From positions 7,157 through 71,156 of the forward strand of contig DASRWG010000001.1 in assembly GCA_035654695.1 (NCBI GenBank): a stretch of DNA of 64,000 nucleotides, given 5' to 3'. A program made the position numbers and the translations under genes. This document shows positions 33,580 to 43,246 of the stretch, piece after piece. Each line of letters opens with the position of its first letter. Position 1 is the stretch's first letter. The notes under the pieces were generated by a model, which was not told where the DNA came from, made no database searches, and worked only from the letters and a program-made list of their open reading frames with translations. The stretch is from Gallionella sp. GTDB taxonomy: Bacteria; Pseudomonadota; Gammaproteobacteria; Burkholderiales; Gallionellaceae.

Positions 33580-34964
33580 TGCAGCAGCGATTGAAAATTT
33601 CCGGTCGAACCGAATTATTGCCGATGAGCCGGGCGAATGCCGCCACGCTTGAGGCCGAGATCGACTGGTTCACCCGCGTCGTCGAGACGCGGTTCAGCCT
33701 GTATTTCGGACAGGAATCCAATTGCAAGGATATCCGCGAACACCAGCCCCCGGCGCTGCGCGGCGACGAATCGGAATACGCGCGCATGGTCAATGAGTGC
33801 GGGCTTGGATTCGACGAGCGCATCGTGCTGATGCTCGCGCTGATCCCGCACATCCGCCCGCAGGCGCTCGACACCTTCTTCGTCAGCAACAAGAATTTCG
33901 AGCGTGCGTTCACCGAGTTCGGCGGCGTCAAGGGGCAGGTGCACGGCGGCTTTCTGCCCACCTGCGAGACGGCGTCTTTCATCCTGCACGGCAACGATCT
34001 GGCCGGGCGCTTCGATTTCATCGGCATGCTGGACGACGATCATGTCTTCGCCGCGAAAGGCATCGTCGAGATCGAACACCGGGCGAGCGGCGAGCCCTTG
34101 TTCAACGGCGTGCTGAAGCTGTCGAACGAATACCTGAACCGGTTCACCACGGGGCAGGACCTCAAGCCCGATTACAGTATGAACTTCCCTGCGAAGCGGA
34201 TCACGACCAAGCTGACCTGGGACGACTTGGTGCTGACTCACGACGTGCTGGAGGAAGTGGAGAACATCAACGCCTGGCTCATGCACTCGAAAACCATCAT
34301 GGAAGATTGGGGGCTGGAGCGGACGGTCAAGCCGGGTTATCGCTGCCTGTTCTACGGTCCGCCGGGCACGGGCAAGACGCTGACCGCCACGCTGATCGGC
34401 GCAAACGCTGGACTGGACGTGTACCGCATCGACCTTTCGATGGTGGTGTCGAAATACATCGGCGAGACGGAAAAGAATCTCGCCAATATTTTCGACCAGG
34501 CGAAGACCAAGAACTGGATTCTGTTCTTCGACGAGGCCGACGCGCTGTTCGGCAAGCGCACGCAGACGTCGAGTTCGAACGACCGCTATGCGAATCAGGA
34601 AGTCTCCTACCTGTTGCAGCGGGTCGAGGACTTCCCCGGCGTGGTCATCCTCGCGACCAACCTGAAGGCCAATATTGACGAGGCGTTCTCGCGGCGCTTC
34701 CAGACCTCGATCTATTTTTCGCTGCCAGATGCCGAGCACAGGCTGTTGCTGTGGCAGGGTTATTTCAAGGGCAAGTGTCGGCTGGAAGACAGCGTCGATC
34801 TGGAGAAACTGGCCGAGGAATACGTGCTCGCGGGCGGGGCCATCGCCAACGTGGTGCGCTACGGCGCGATACGCGCGCTGCACATGGGCAGGGACGCGAT
34901 CTCGCACGACGACCTGGTGAAAGGGATCGCGAAGGAACTCATCAAGGAAGGGAAGACCATTTAG
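33579..34964 (+). CDS. AAA+ ATPase (Afp15/Pvc15-like); alternative start ~33624
   Basis: Walker A LFYGPPGTGKT; Walker B ILFFDEADALFGKR; DRYANQEVSYLLQRVE; ILATN; DEAF.RRF. TGATG overlap with the TMP stop. Confidence 0.95.
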   Translation: MQQRLKISGRTELLPMSRANAATLEAEIDWFTRVVETRFSLYFGQESNCKDIREHQPPALRGDESEYARMVNECGLGFDERIVLMLALIPHIRPQALDTFFVSNKNFERAFTEFGGVKGQVHGGFLPTCETASFILHGNDLAGRFDFIGMLDDDHVFAAKGIVEIEHRASGEPLFNGVLKLSNEYLNRFTTGQDLKPDYSMNFPAKRITTKLTWDDLVLTHDVLEEVENINAWLMHSKTIMEDWGLERTVKPGYRCLFYGPPGTGKTLTATLIGANAGLDVYRIDLSMVVSKYIGETEKNLANIFDQAKTKNWILFFDEADALFGKRTQTSSSNDRYANQEVSYLLQRVEDFPGVVILATNLKANIDEAFSRRFQTSIYFSLPDAEHRLLLWQGYFKGKCRLEDSVDLEKLAEEYVLAGGAIANVVRYGAIRALHMGRDAISHDDLVKGIAKELIKEGKTI

Positions 34965-34972
34965 GTACGGTT

Positions 34973-37846
34973 ATGGTGAGTGCATACACAAGAAGAATGT
35001 TGCAGCGCATGCGCCGGTTCGCAGCCGTGGTGCTGCTGGCATGCATCGCCCTGCCGGGTGTGGCGGCGGAACCGGATTGCGGCGGGATGCTGGCCACCGT
35101 GGCGGCAAAGAAACACGGCAAGGGCGTCGTCGCCGATGCGCAGAGGCAACTGGCCGAGCTCGGCCTCGATCCGGGCGGAGTGGACGATGTGCTGGGATCG
35201 AAAACCCGGTCGGAATTGTTGCGTTTCTGCGGCAGGGCGAAATTTGCGTTGAACGACGACCTGCTGATCATGCTGCGTAATCACGCGGCCATCCACAGGG
35301 CTTATCAGAACTGGACGACAACGCTGGCTGGCAAGGGCTTCCAGAAATGGGCTGGGAAGCAGAAGGATGCGGCGGAGATTGCCCGGATCGAACTGGGCGG
35401 CGATGCGGAGGAAGTGATCGCCGTGCTGGATCGCTACCGGACGCGCCGCGCATCCCAAGCGCTGGTCGGCAGTGGGGACGATACGCCGGCCAGCTACCTG
35501 TTGACCAAGGACGACATCGAACAACTGAGATCGCGGGAGGGAGTCGCCAAGTCGATGGCGAAACTGCTGGATGCGACCTATGAGGATCAGGAGGATTTCG
35601 AGGCGGCAGCCGGTACGGCGCTGAAGGGCGTGGCCGATTCTTTCGAGTATGTGCAACTGGCCGAGAAAATTTCGGAACAGCAAACCAGCTACAGGATCAG
35701 CGCCAAATCGTTCGACGAGCTCAAGGTGGAAAATGTCCCCGAATATGTTTTGTCGGCGATACAGGGCTTGAAGGATTTGAATTACCCCGGCGACACGCTG
35801 GACGAGGCGGTGGATGCGGAGCTGGGCAAGCTGGTCGAGAGAACGATGGCGTTCAAGCCGCAGCTCATTACGTTGGCGAAAATTTCGCCGGCGGGCGCGA
35901 GCTTGAGCGAAAGCTCGCTGGCGAAATTCGCCGAGGCGCAAAAGGACGATCCGCTGGCCGTCGTCATCTTGGAGCGGTTGCGGAAACTGCTGGGGGCGAG
36001 CTTCAAGGACGACAAGGCGCTGGCCTGGGCGATGCAGACGGTGCTGAAGGCGGTGGCGGACCAGATCGACAATTCCCGCTCACTCATCCTCGCTCATGCC
36101 GAAGAGGTAAGCGTTTATGCGTTCGACAAAACGCGCGCGCAGGAGATCGACAAGAAGATAAAAGACTCCACCGTTCCGGAAATTTATCTGGCGCTGCTGG
36201 AGGATATGCAGGGCGTGGATTATCCGGATCCGGAATTGTTCTGGTTGGCGACCAAGGCACGAGTCGCCATGCTGGGTTCCAACAATTTGTTAAAGAAGAG
36301 CATCAGGGGCACGATCGAGCGACTCGGGGCCGACAAGATGGATGAGCAGTTGCTGGAAGAGCTGAAGGCAGCGAAATTGCATCCGGCTGTTCTCGGTTTG
36401 CTGGGCACGTTGCAGGGACAAAAGTTCGACGACGCCAAGGCGCTGGAATCCGCAATCGACGGACTGTTCGCGCAACTGGGCGAGTTGTACGAGCAATACC
36501 GCCCGGTGGTGATCGAGCAAGCCCGGAAGACGCATCCGTTCGACAAGACGAAGAACATCCTGTGGGACGGCAAGTCGTGCAATTGCGTGCACAGCAACCT
36601 GGCCGGGGAAATCTACGGGTTTTATCCCTACTGGATGGCCGGCGACAAACAGGCTATCGACTTCAGCGTGCAGACCCGCATCGGTTATTACGGGCTGACT
36701 TTCGACGACAAGGGCAACATACCCAACGCATCGCGCTGGACCGGGCTGGATGCAGGATTCATCCGCGAGGCCAGAACCTACGGCGCGAAGGTGGATCTGG
36801 TCATCTACCGGAACGACTGGCGAGGATGGGACCAATCCAGCAACGAAGAAAAGGCAGCGCTCTTCGAGAACCTGGTCGCGAATATCGTCGCGCTGGTCGA
36901 TACGCCGTTGACCGACACGTTTTCCAAAGTGAAGCCTTATATCTCCATGGGGATGAATCCGCCCCCGGTGATGGGCGACGGCATCACCCTGTATTTCTCG
37001 GGCTATCCGCAGGACGCGGATGCGGTCGATGCCTTCGACGGATTCATCCGCGCCCTGCGCGACAAACTGAAATCCGGCGGGCGCAAGTATTCCATTAACC
37101 TCATGTTCCGCAGTGCGGAACTGGGCAAGGGCGCCTACGACTATCCCCGCTTGCTATCGATGGTGGGAGACATCGAGGGTAACGACGAAAACGACAAGAA
37201 ACTGGACGCGCTCTTCCTGGTGTTGTTGCAGGAGCCGACGACCTCCGACAAGAAAATGTTGCGCCTGAATATCGAGAATGGCTTGCACGGCAAGAACAGA
37301 ATGAAACTTCTGCGCAACGTCGCGATGGTGCTCACCTACGATGGACGCAACGAAAGCCAGTTGCTGGACGACGTGATTTATGCAAAAGACAATTTCGGCG
37401 GAATCGGTTTCTGGACGCAACCCGTCATATCCGGGGTAGAGCCGACGGCGGATTCGTCCACCCTCGCCAGCGATGTACTGCACGACAATTTCCTGAATAC
37501 TGCCAATGGCGTGAGTGCGGCGAAGCCGGCCGTCTGCCAATACATCTGTCCGAACAGATGGGCGTTCAGGATCACTTGGGACATTTTCCTGCTGATCTTG
37601 CTGGTGAGTATTCCGCTGTACGTGCTCGCATGCGACTGGCGGAATCTGTTCAACAAATATTTCCTGCATTTCCTCGGCGGAGTGGTCGCTCCGTTCCTGC
37701 TGATCACTTTTGCCCTGCTGTTCTGCGACCCGGCCTGGGAAAAAATATCCAGGGGGAACGGGCTTCTGATACTCGTCATCGCGATCGTCCTCGCCTACAT
37801 CGTCTGGAACTACTACGACAAAAAGAGAAAGGCGGACCTGCCATGA
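34973..37846 (+). CDS. envelope protein: signal peptide, peptidoglycan-binding domain, helical repeats, GH18-like TIM domain and 3 C-terminal TM helices
   Basis: RRFAAVVLLACIALPGVAA signal; AQRQLAELGLDPGGVDDVLGSKTR (PG_binding_1-like); IYGFYPYW...RIGYYGLTFDDKG...GGIGFW (GH18-like); three hydrophobic segments at the C-terminus. Confidence 0.7.
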   Translation: MVSAYTRRMLQRMRRFAAVVLLACIALPGVAAEPDCGGMLATVAAKKHGKGVVADAQRQLAELGLDPGGVDDVLGSKTRSELLRFCGRAKFALNDDLLIMLRNHAAIHRAYQNWTTTLAGKGFQKWAGKQKDAAEIARIELGGDAEEVIAVLDRYRTRRASQALVGSGDDTPASYLLTKDDIEQLRSREGVAKSMAKLLDATYEDQEDFEAAAGTALKGVADSFEYVQLAEKISEQQTSYRISAKSFDELKVENVPEYVLSAIQGLKDLNYPGDTLDEAVDAELGKLVERTMAFKPQLITLAKISPAGASLSESSLAKFAEAQKDDPLAVVILERLRKLLGASFKDDKALAWAMQTVLKAVADQIDNSRSLILAHAEEVSVYAFDKTRAQEIDKKIKDSTVPEIYLALLEDMQGVDYPDPELFWLATKARVAMLGSNNLLKKSIRGTIERLGADKMDEQLLEELKAAKLHPAVLGLLGTLQGQKFDDAKALESAIDGLFAQLGELYEQYRPVVIEQARKTHPFDKTKNILWDGKSCNCVHSNLAGEIYGFYPYWMAGDKQAIDFSVQTRIGYYGLTFDDKGNIPNASRWTGLDAGFIREARTYGAKVDLVIYRNDWRGWDQSSNEEKAALFENLVANIVALVDTPLTDTFSKVKPYISMGMNPPPVMGDGITLYFSGYPQDADAVDAFDGFIRALRDKLKSGGRKYSINLMFRSAELGKGAYDYPRLLSMVGDIEGNDENDKKLDALFLVLLQEPTTSDKKMLRLNIENGLHGKNRMKLLRNVAMVLTYDGRNESQLLDDVIYAKDNFGGIGFWTQPVISGVEPTADSSTLASDVLHDNFLNTANGVSAAKPAVCQYICPNRWAFRITWDIFLLILLVSIPLYVLACDWRNLFNKYFLHFLGGVVAPFLLITFALLFCDPAWEKISRGNGLLILVIAIVLAYIVWNYYDKKRKADLP

Positions 37847-38457
37847 TGACCCTGCTGGAAAAAGCCACCATCATCCATTACCACCGCCACCGCATCGGCG
37901 AATACGACAGCGGCACGGTCGAGGCGCTGGGCTATCGAGGCGAGGATAGCCAGACGAAACGCTTCGAGACGCTCGCCGCCGTGGCCGACCTGAACGGCTG
38001 CTCGGTGCTCGACATCGGTTGCGGGCACGGCGACCTGAAGGGGTTCCTCGATACGTGTTTCCACGGCTTCGGCTATATCGGCATAGACCAGATGGCCGAA
38101 TTTGTCACGCAGGCGCGCAGCCTCTACGGCCAGCGCCCGTCCTGCTACTTCTGCATCGCGGATTTCACCGACGCGGAACTGCCGCAGGCCGACTACGTGT
38201 TCGCCTCCGGCGTGCTGGGCTACCGCTGCGAAGATCCCGGATTCTATTTTTCGATGATCGTGAAGATGTACCTCGCCGCGAACAAGGCGCTCGCCTTCAA
38301 CATGCTGGATGCCGCGAAGTTTCCGCCGCATCCGCTGCTGGTCGGCCACGATGTGGAGAAGGTAGTCGAATTCTGCAAGCGCCTGTCGCCTAACGTGCGG
38401 CTGGTGCGCGGGTATCTGGAAGACGACTTTACGGTGCTGATGTACAAGAGTCCGTGA
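37843..38457 (+). CDS. class I SAM-dependent methyltransferase
   Basis: SQ..RF..L; motif I VLDIGCGHGDL; YIGID; DYVFASG. ATGA overlap with the upstream gene. Confidence 0.9.
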   Translation: MMTLLEKATIIHYHRHRIGEYDSGTVEALGYRGEDSQTKRFETLAAVADLNGCSVLDIGCGHGDLKGFLDTCFHGFGYIGIDQMAEFVTQARSLYGQRPSCYFCIADFTDAELPQADYVFASGVLGYRCEDPGFYFSMIVKMYLAANKALAFNMLDAAKFPPHPLLVGHDVEKVVEFCKRLSPNVRLVRGYLEDDFTVLMYKSP

Positions 38458-38516
38458 CCTAGCTTTACACAGTAGAAATTTATTTTTATGCATCAACCTG
38501 AAACAAGGAGGCCGAA

Positions 38517-40145
38517 ATGCAACGAGTACAGAAACAAGGCAGCGAATCGGAAAACGCGCAACGCACCGCGCAAGCCAAATTTACGTCTTGGTCGCGCGAG
38601 AACGAGCGCGCGAATGCCATCGATGACAGCCCGGCGATGATCGCCCAGCGCAAGAAGCTCAACAGCTTGTTCGGCGGCGCGATACAACGACAGGGCGCGG
38701 AAGAAGAGATGCTGCAAGGAAAATTCGATGGCGTGCAGAGGGTAGAGGAAGAAGAGCCTCTGCAAGGAAAGTTCGAAACCGCACAACGCGTGGAAGAGGA
38801 AGAGCCGTTACAAGGAAAGTTCGATGTGGCTCAGCGAGTCGAAGAAGAAGAACCTTTGCAGGGGAAGTTTGAGGCGGTGCAGCGGGTAGAGGAAGAAGAG
38901 CCACTGCAAGGCAAATTCGAGACGGCCCAGCGCGTGGAGGATGAGGAACCTCTGCAAGGAAAGTTCGAAGCCGTGCAGCGAGTCGAAGAAGAGGAGCCGC
39001 TACAGGGAAAGTTTGAGGCAGCCTCATCCACCCAGTTGAAGGAAGAGGTCGCCAAGCCCAATAACACCGGCCTGCCGGACAATCTGAAGAGCGGCATAGA
39101 AAATCTTTCCGGCATGTCGATGGACAACGTCAAGGTCCACTACAACTCCTCGCAACCCGCGCAGCTCAACGCGTTGGCCTATGCGCAGGGTACCGACATC
39201 CATGTTGCACCCGGGCAGGAGCAACACCTGCCGCACGAAGCCTGGCATGTGGTGCAGCAGGCGCAGGGACGGGTGAAGCCTACCATGCAGATGAAGGAGG
39301 GCGTGCCGGTCAACGACGATAAGTCGCTGGAGCACGAGGCGGATGTGATGGGGGCGAAGGCGGCTTCAGTCGGAGTGGCGCAAGCAATGAACAAACTAAT
39401 CGAACCAAAGGTTGTTGGCTCTACCCCCTTTCAATGTAAGACTGAAATTGACAATAAATCAGTAGATCAAGCCTACCGTTCGGATGGTGATATATCTCAA
39501 CAAAGAATGGGCGTGGAAATGGAAGCATATCTAGATCCTTGGAATCCATTGCATGGAACTGAATCAGCCGCTTTCGACAGACATGGCATTTATCTTGATG
39601 AGGCATATAACGAAGGCAATGATGGTGCTACAGCCATGCATTTGTTGAATGCAAATTTAGGAGGGCTTGCTGTTGATGAAAATCTATTTCCCGGGCATAC
39701 AAATAAAAACGGACAACACCTGAAATCAGGTGAGACAGAGGTAAAGAACAAGGTGTTAACGTTGATGAATAATGGAAAGAAAGGATGGCGAGTATTTTAT
39801 AAGGTTAGATTTTCTCCGCCTTCAGTGCTTACGCCTGAGAACTTCACAACAGTACCTCTTCAAGTGCAGCATTGTTACGTGAGCCCAGAGGATCAAATGG
39901 TTCTGGACTGGGTAACGGTATCTGAAAAGCCTAATGTAGAGTTGGATGAGGCTGGCTGGAAAACTAGCACGAGCAAAGTCAGGAATAGAAGAGCAACACG
40001 GACGAGAAAATATCTGCATAAGAACACTGAAGGCGAAAGGGCAACTTTTGTAGAGCTCGTTAAGCATGAGGATGATCCAGATAGTGAGGCATTAAGATTC
40101 CACACTCATGTCGCACACGAAGACAAAGATGATTTGTTGAGTTAG
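38517..40145 (+). CDS. DUF4157 (eCIS core) effector 1 with N-terminal repeats and a predicted beta-beta-alpha-Me non-specific nuclease C-terminus
   Basis: [39 protein letters not shown]...[15 protein letters not shown] core; C-terminal [10 protein letters not shown]....NLFP....N..H....E..VK. AAGGAGG SD. Confidence 0.85.
   Translation: MQRVQKQGSESENAQRTAQAKFTSWSRENERANAIDDSPAMIAQRKKLNSLFGGAIQRQGAEEEMLQGKFDGVQRVEEEEPLQGKFETAQRVEEEEPLQGKFDVAQRVEEEEPLQGKFEAVQRVEEEEPLQGKFETAQRVEDEEPLQGKFEAVQRVEEEEPLQGKFEAASSTQLKEEVAKPNNTGLPDNLKSGIENLSGMSMDNVKVHYNSSQPAQLNALAYAQGTDIHVAPGQEQHLPHEAWHVVQQAQGRVKPTMQMKEGVPVNDDKSLEHEADVMGAKAASVGVAQAMNKLIEPKVVGSTPFQCKTEIDNKSVDQAYRSDGDISQQRMGVEMEAYLDPWNPLHGTESAAFDRHGIYLDEAYNEGNDGATAMHLLNANLGGLAVDENLFPGHTNKNGQHLKSGETEVKNKVLTLMNNGKKGWRVFYKVRFSPPSVLTPENFTTVPLQVQHCYVSPEDQMVLDWVTVSEKPNVELDEAGWKTSTSKVRNRRATRTRKYLHKNTEGERATFVELVKHEDDPDSEALRFHTHVAHEDKDDLLS
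38685..39023 (+). repeat. seven tandem 48-nt (16-aa) repeats [13 protein letters not shown][ED]xx
   Basis: One degenerate 17-aa unit plus six near-identical 16-aa units read from the translation. Confidence 0.95.
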
Positions 40146-40293
40146 TCATTACAGACGGAATCAATGCGATCGGATCAGTCCTCATTTATACACTTAATGT
40201 GGTGAGTTGATGGGGCCGCGGGGCAATGGGAGCAGACCTCATTGAACTTAATAATGAAGATGAAGAGAGCAACACGCAACCGATAACCGAAAG

Positions 40294-43167
40294 ATGATCT
40301 CGCTTCTTTACCTGATACGACTCTTTGCCCTGCTCGTGCTGCTCTGCGCCGCGCCCGCGTTCGCCGTCACTCCGATGGTGGCGGCGGGTTACGGTCATAC
40401 GGTCGCGCTGAAATCAGACGGCACGGTTTCGGCATGGGGCGACAACGCGCAAGGGCAACTGGGGATAGGCAGCATGGATTATCGCCTGACCCCGGCAGCC
40501 ATTCCGGAATTTACCGGCATCGCTGACTTGTCGGCGGGGCGTGAGCACACGCTGGCGCTAAAGTCGGACGGCACGGTGTGGGCATGGGGCGGAAACTATC
40601 CCAACGGGCAACTGGGCGATGACTCGCTGACGTCGCAATCGAGTCCCGTTGTTGTGCCGGAACTGAAAGATGTCGCCGCAGTGGTGGCGGGGGGCTGGCA
40701 CAGCCTCGCGCTGAAATCGGACGGCTCGGTGCTGGCTTGGGGTAAAAACGTTTCGGGCCAAGTGGGTGATGGCAGCAAGGTGGCGCGGCCCTCGCCGGTG
40801 GCGATTCAGGAGCTTGTAGGCGTACGCGCTATTGCGGCGGGCGAGGCGCACAGCGCGGCGCTGAAATCCGATGGCACGGTCTGGGCGTGGGGCGACAACG
40901 CGCATGGGCAGCTCGGCGACGGCACTGTGCTGGGCCGTCTGGCTCCGGTGAGGGTGCAGGGGATCGATGGCGTAGTGGCGATTGCGGCGGGCGGCAATCA
41001 CACGGTTGCGTTGAAGGCGGACGGTACGGTGTGGGCGTGGGGCGGCAACGCACACGGACAACTCGGCAATGAAAACACGGCGGACAGTTCGGTTCCGGTG
41101 CGGGTGCTGGGGCTCGATGGAGTGATTTCGATCACGGCGGACGGCGGCTTTACGCTGGCGTTGAAAGCGGATCATACGGTGTGGGCGTGGGGCGATAACT
41201 CGCATGGACAACTCGGCGACGGCACTACGACGGATCGCTCCAATCCGGTACAGGTGCCGAACCTTGTCGGTGTAGTGGCGATTGCTGCGGGCGAGGGGCA
41301 TGCGGTTGCGTTGAAAGCGGACGGCACGGTGGTCGCGTGGGGCTGGAACTATTCCGGCCAAGTGGGCGATGACAGTTGGGGGATAGATCGCTCGAGTCCT
41401 GTCGCGGTGTTGGGTGAACTCAATTTAGGAAGCAGCCAGATCGATGCGGAGCAGAGTGTGAGTTTCGGCGACGCGCCGCAGCTTGCCGCGGGGCAGCGCG
41501 CCAGGGTCAAGGCCGTAGCGAGTTCAGACCTCGCCGTGCATTTCTCCAGCACGACGCCTGCCGTCTGCATGGTCATCGGCGACGAGGTCAGCGCGACTGC
41601 GGCGGGCGAGTGCATCGTCGCCGCCGATCAAGCGGGCGACGGACATTACCGCGCCGCACCGCGCGCGATGCAGCGCATCCCCGTCGGCAAGGGCAGCCAG
41701 ACCATCGCTTTCGGTGTTGCGCCGCTGGTCATCGTGGGCAGCAGCGGAAAGCTGCGCGCCGCCGCCAGTTCCGGCCTTGCACCGGTTTTCGGCAGCCTGA
41801 CGCCCGACGTGTGCAGCGTCAGCGGCGACACCTTGAGCGGTATCGACGAAGGCATTTGCGTCGTCTCCGCGAACCAGCCGGGCAATGCCGACTACAACTC
41901 GGCCACGCCGGAGAAACAGTCCAGCCGCATCCACGAGACCATCTTCATCATGCCCAGAATGGCGGCGGGCGGCGCGCACAGCATGTGCCTCAAGTACGAC
42001 GGCACGGTGAGCGCGTGGGGCGACAACTCGCAAGGGCAGCTCGGCAGCGGCGGCTCGGGGCAGCAGCGTAGCCAGATCGGAATTTCCAGCCTCAAGAGCG
42101 TGCTGTCGCTGTCCGCGGGCATGTACCACACCGTCGCGCTGATGTTCGGCGGCACGGTGCAGACCTGGGGCGATAACGACAAGGGGCAACTGGGCGATGG
42201 CGGCAAGCAACGGCGCGATACGCCTGCAACGGTGCCGGGGCTCAGCGATGTGCGCGACGTGGCGGCGGGCGGCTGGCACAGCGTTGCGCTGATGAACGAC
42301 GGTACGGTGCGGGCGTGGGGCATGAACAACAACGGCCAGTTGGGCGACGGCAGCACGATGGATCGAACCGGCCCCGTTGCGGTGAAGGGTCTCGCCGACG
42401 TGAAAGCGATTGCGGCGGGACGCGATTTCACCGTGGCGCTGAAAAACGACGGGACGCTGTGGGCCTGGGGCAACAACGCGCACGGCCAACTGGGCGACGG
42501 CACGACGCTGAATCGCAACGCGCCGGTGCAGGTCGCGGGATTGAAAGACGTGCTAGTCGTGGCAGCGGGAGGGGCTTACACGCTGGCGACCAAGTCCGAC
42601 GGCACGGTGTGGTCGTGGGGAAAAAACGATACCGGCCAGTTGGGCAACGGCTCTCTGGACGAAAGCTACAAGCCGACGCTGGTGCCCAAGCTCGCCAAGG
42701 CGCTCGCGCTCGCGGCAGGCAGCGAACACGCGCTGGCGTTGCTGGAGGGCGGCGCGCTGCTGGCTTGGGGCGACAACACCTACGGGCAACTGGGCAACGG
42801 CACGATCAAGGCAAGCACCGTGCCGGTCCCCGTGGCAAAGATCGCCGACGTCATCGCCGTGGCGGCGGGGGACGGGCACAGCGTGGCGCTCAAGGCAGAC
42901 GGCACGAAAATGTCTTGGGGCAACAACAGCGCGGGGCAACTGGGCGACGGCAGCACGAAGAATCACTCCCTCCCGGCGGAAGTGCCGGAGCCGCTGGGAT
43001 GGAAAGTGTGGCTGTGGTTGTGGGATCAGATCAAGGCGCTGCCGGACAAGCTGATGGGTTTGCAGAAGATGCTGGCTGCGCCCGAACTGCCGCCGTTGCC
43101 GCCGCTGCCTCCGATACCGGAAGTGCCTAAGGTGGAGATGCCGAAGCTGGAGGCACCCAAGAAGTAG
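40294..43167 (+). CDS. secreted RCC1/BLIP-II-repeat protein: two beta-propellers joined by two Ig-like linker domains, Pro-rich tail
   Basis: Sec signal (LLVLLCAAPAFA); many AAG..HT.ALK.DGTVWAWG.N..GQLGDG repeats in two blocks; middle Q.I.F....A.ASSGL...F.S.TP.VC units. Confidence 0.9.
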   Translation: MISLLYLIRLFALLVLLCAAPAFAVTPMVAAGYGHTVALKSDGTVSAWGDNAQGQLGIGSMDYRLTPAAIPEFTGIADLSAGREHTLALKSDGTVWAWGGNYPNGQLGDDSLTSQSSPVVVPELKDVAAVVAGGWHSLALKSDGSVLAWGKNVSGQVGDGSKVARPSPVAIQELVGVRAIAAGEAHSAALKSDGTVWAWGDNAHGQLGDGTVLGRLAPVRVQGIDGVVAIAAGGNHTVALKADGTVWAWGGNAHGQLGNENTADSSVPVRVLGLDGVISITADGGFTLALKADHTVWAWGDNSHGQLGDGTTTDRSNPVQVPNLVGVVAIAAGEGHAVALKADGTVVAWGWNYSGQVGDDSWGIDRSSPVAVLGELNLGSSQIDAEQSVSFGDAPQLAAGQRARVKAVASSDLAVHFSSTTPAVCMVIGDEVSATAAGECIVAADQAGDGHYRAAPRAMQRIPVGKGSQTIAFGVAPLVIVGSSGKLRAAASSGLAPVFGSLTPDVCSVSGDTLSGIDEGICVVSANQPGNADYNSATPEKQSSRIHETIFIMPRMAAGGAHSMCLKYDGTVSAWGDNSQGQLGSGGSGQQRSQIGISSLKSVLSLSAGMYHTVALMFGGTVQTWGDNDKGQLGDGGKQRRDTPATVPGLSDVRDVAAGGWHSVALMNDGTVRAWGMNNNGQLGDGSTMDRTGPVAVKGLADVKAIAAGRDFTVALKNDGTLWAWGNNAHGQLGDGTTLNRNAPVQVAGLKDVLVVAAGGAYTLATKSDGTVWSWGKNDTGQLGNGSLDESYKPTLVPKLAKALALAAGSEHALALLEGGALLAWGDNTYGQLGNGTIKASTVPVPVAKIADVIAVAAGDGHSVALKADGTKMSWGNNSAGQLGDGSTKNHSLPAEVPEPLGWKVWLWLWDQIKALPDKLMGLQKMLAAPELPPLPPLPPIPEVPKVEMPKLEAPKK

Positions 43168-43184
43168 GAGCGCTTATAAAACAG

Positions 43185-43213
43185 CCGTTCGTGGTGAGCC
43201 TGTCGAACCATGA
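43185..43213. repeat. REP-like half element
   Basis: CCGTTCGTGGTGAGCCTGTCGAACCATGA resembles the widespread CGTTCGxxxTGAGCCTGTCGAA intergenic repeat; only one arm is seen. Confidence 0.45.
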
Positions 43214-43246
43214 ATGGCGGAATAGGGGAATGGAAGGATAGCGAGC

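Noticed and set aside
12108-34964. Interpretation as a prophage or canonical T6SS
   Set aside because: No capsid, portal, terminase or replication genes. No TssJ/L/M, TssA/K or ClpV, and a single sheath gene rather than TssB/C.
34973-37846. Annotation as an active chitinase or endolysin providing CIS release
   Set aside because: The DxDxE catalytic motif appears replaced (DGITLYFSGY), and the protein is predicted to be membrane-anchored.
38685-39023. 48-nt periodic repeats as a CRISPR array
   Set aside because: Units are in-frame coding repeats with no unique spacers and no cas genes.
40226-40297. 23-codon acidic ORF (MGADLIELNNEDEES...) as immunity for effector 1
   Set aside because: Too short, with no clear SD; cannot be supported without expression data.
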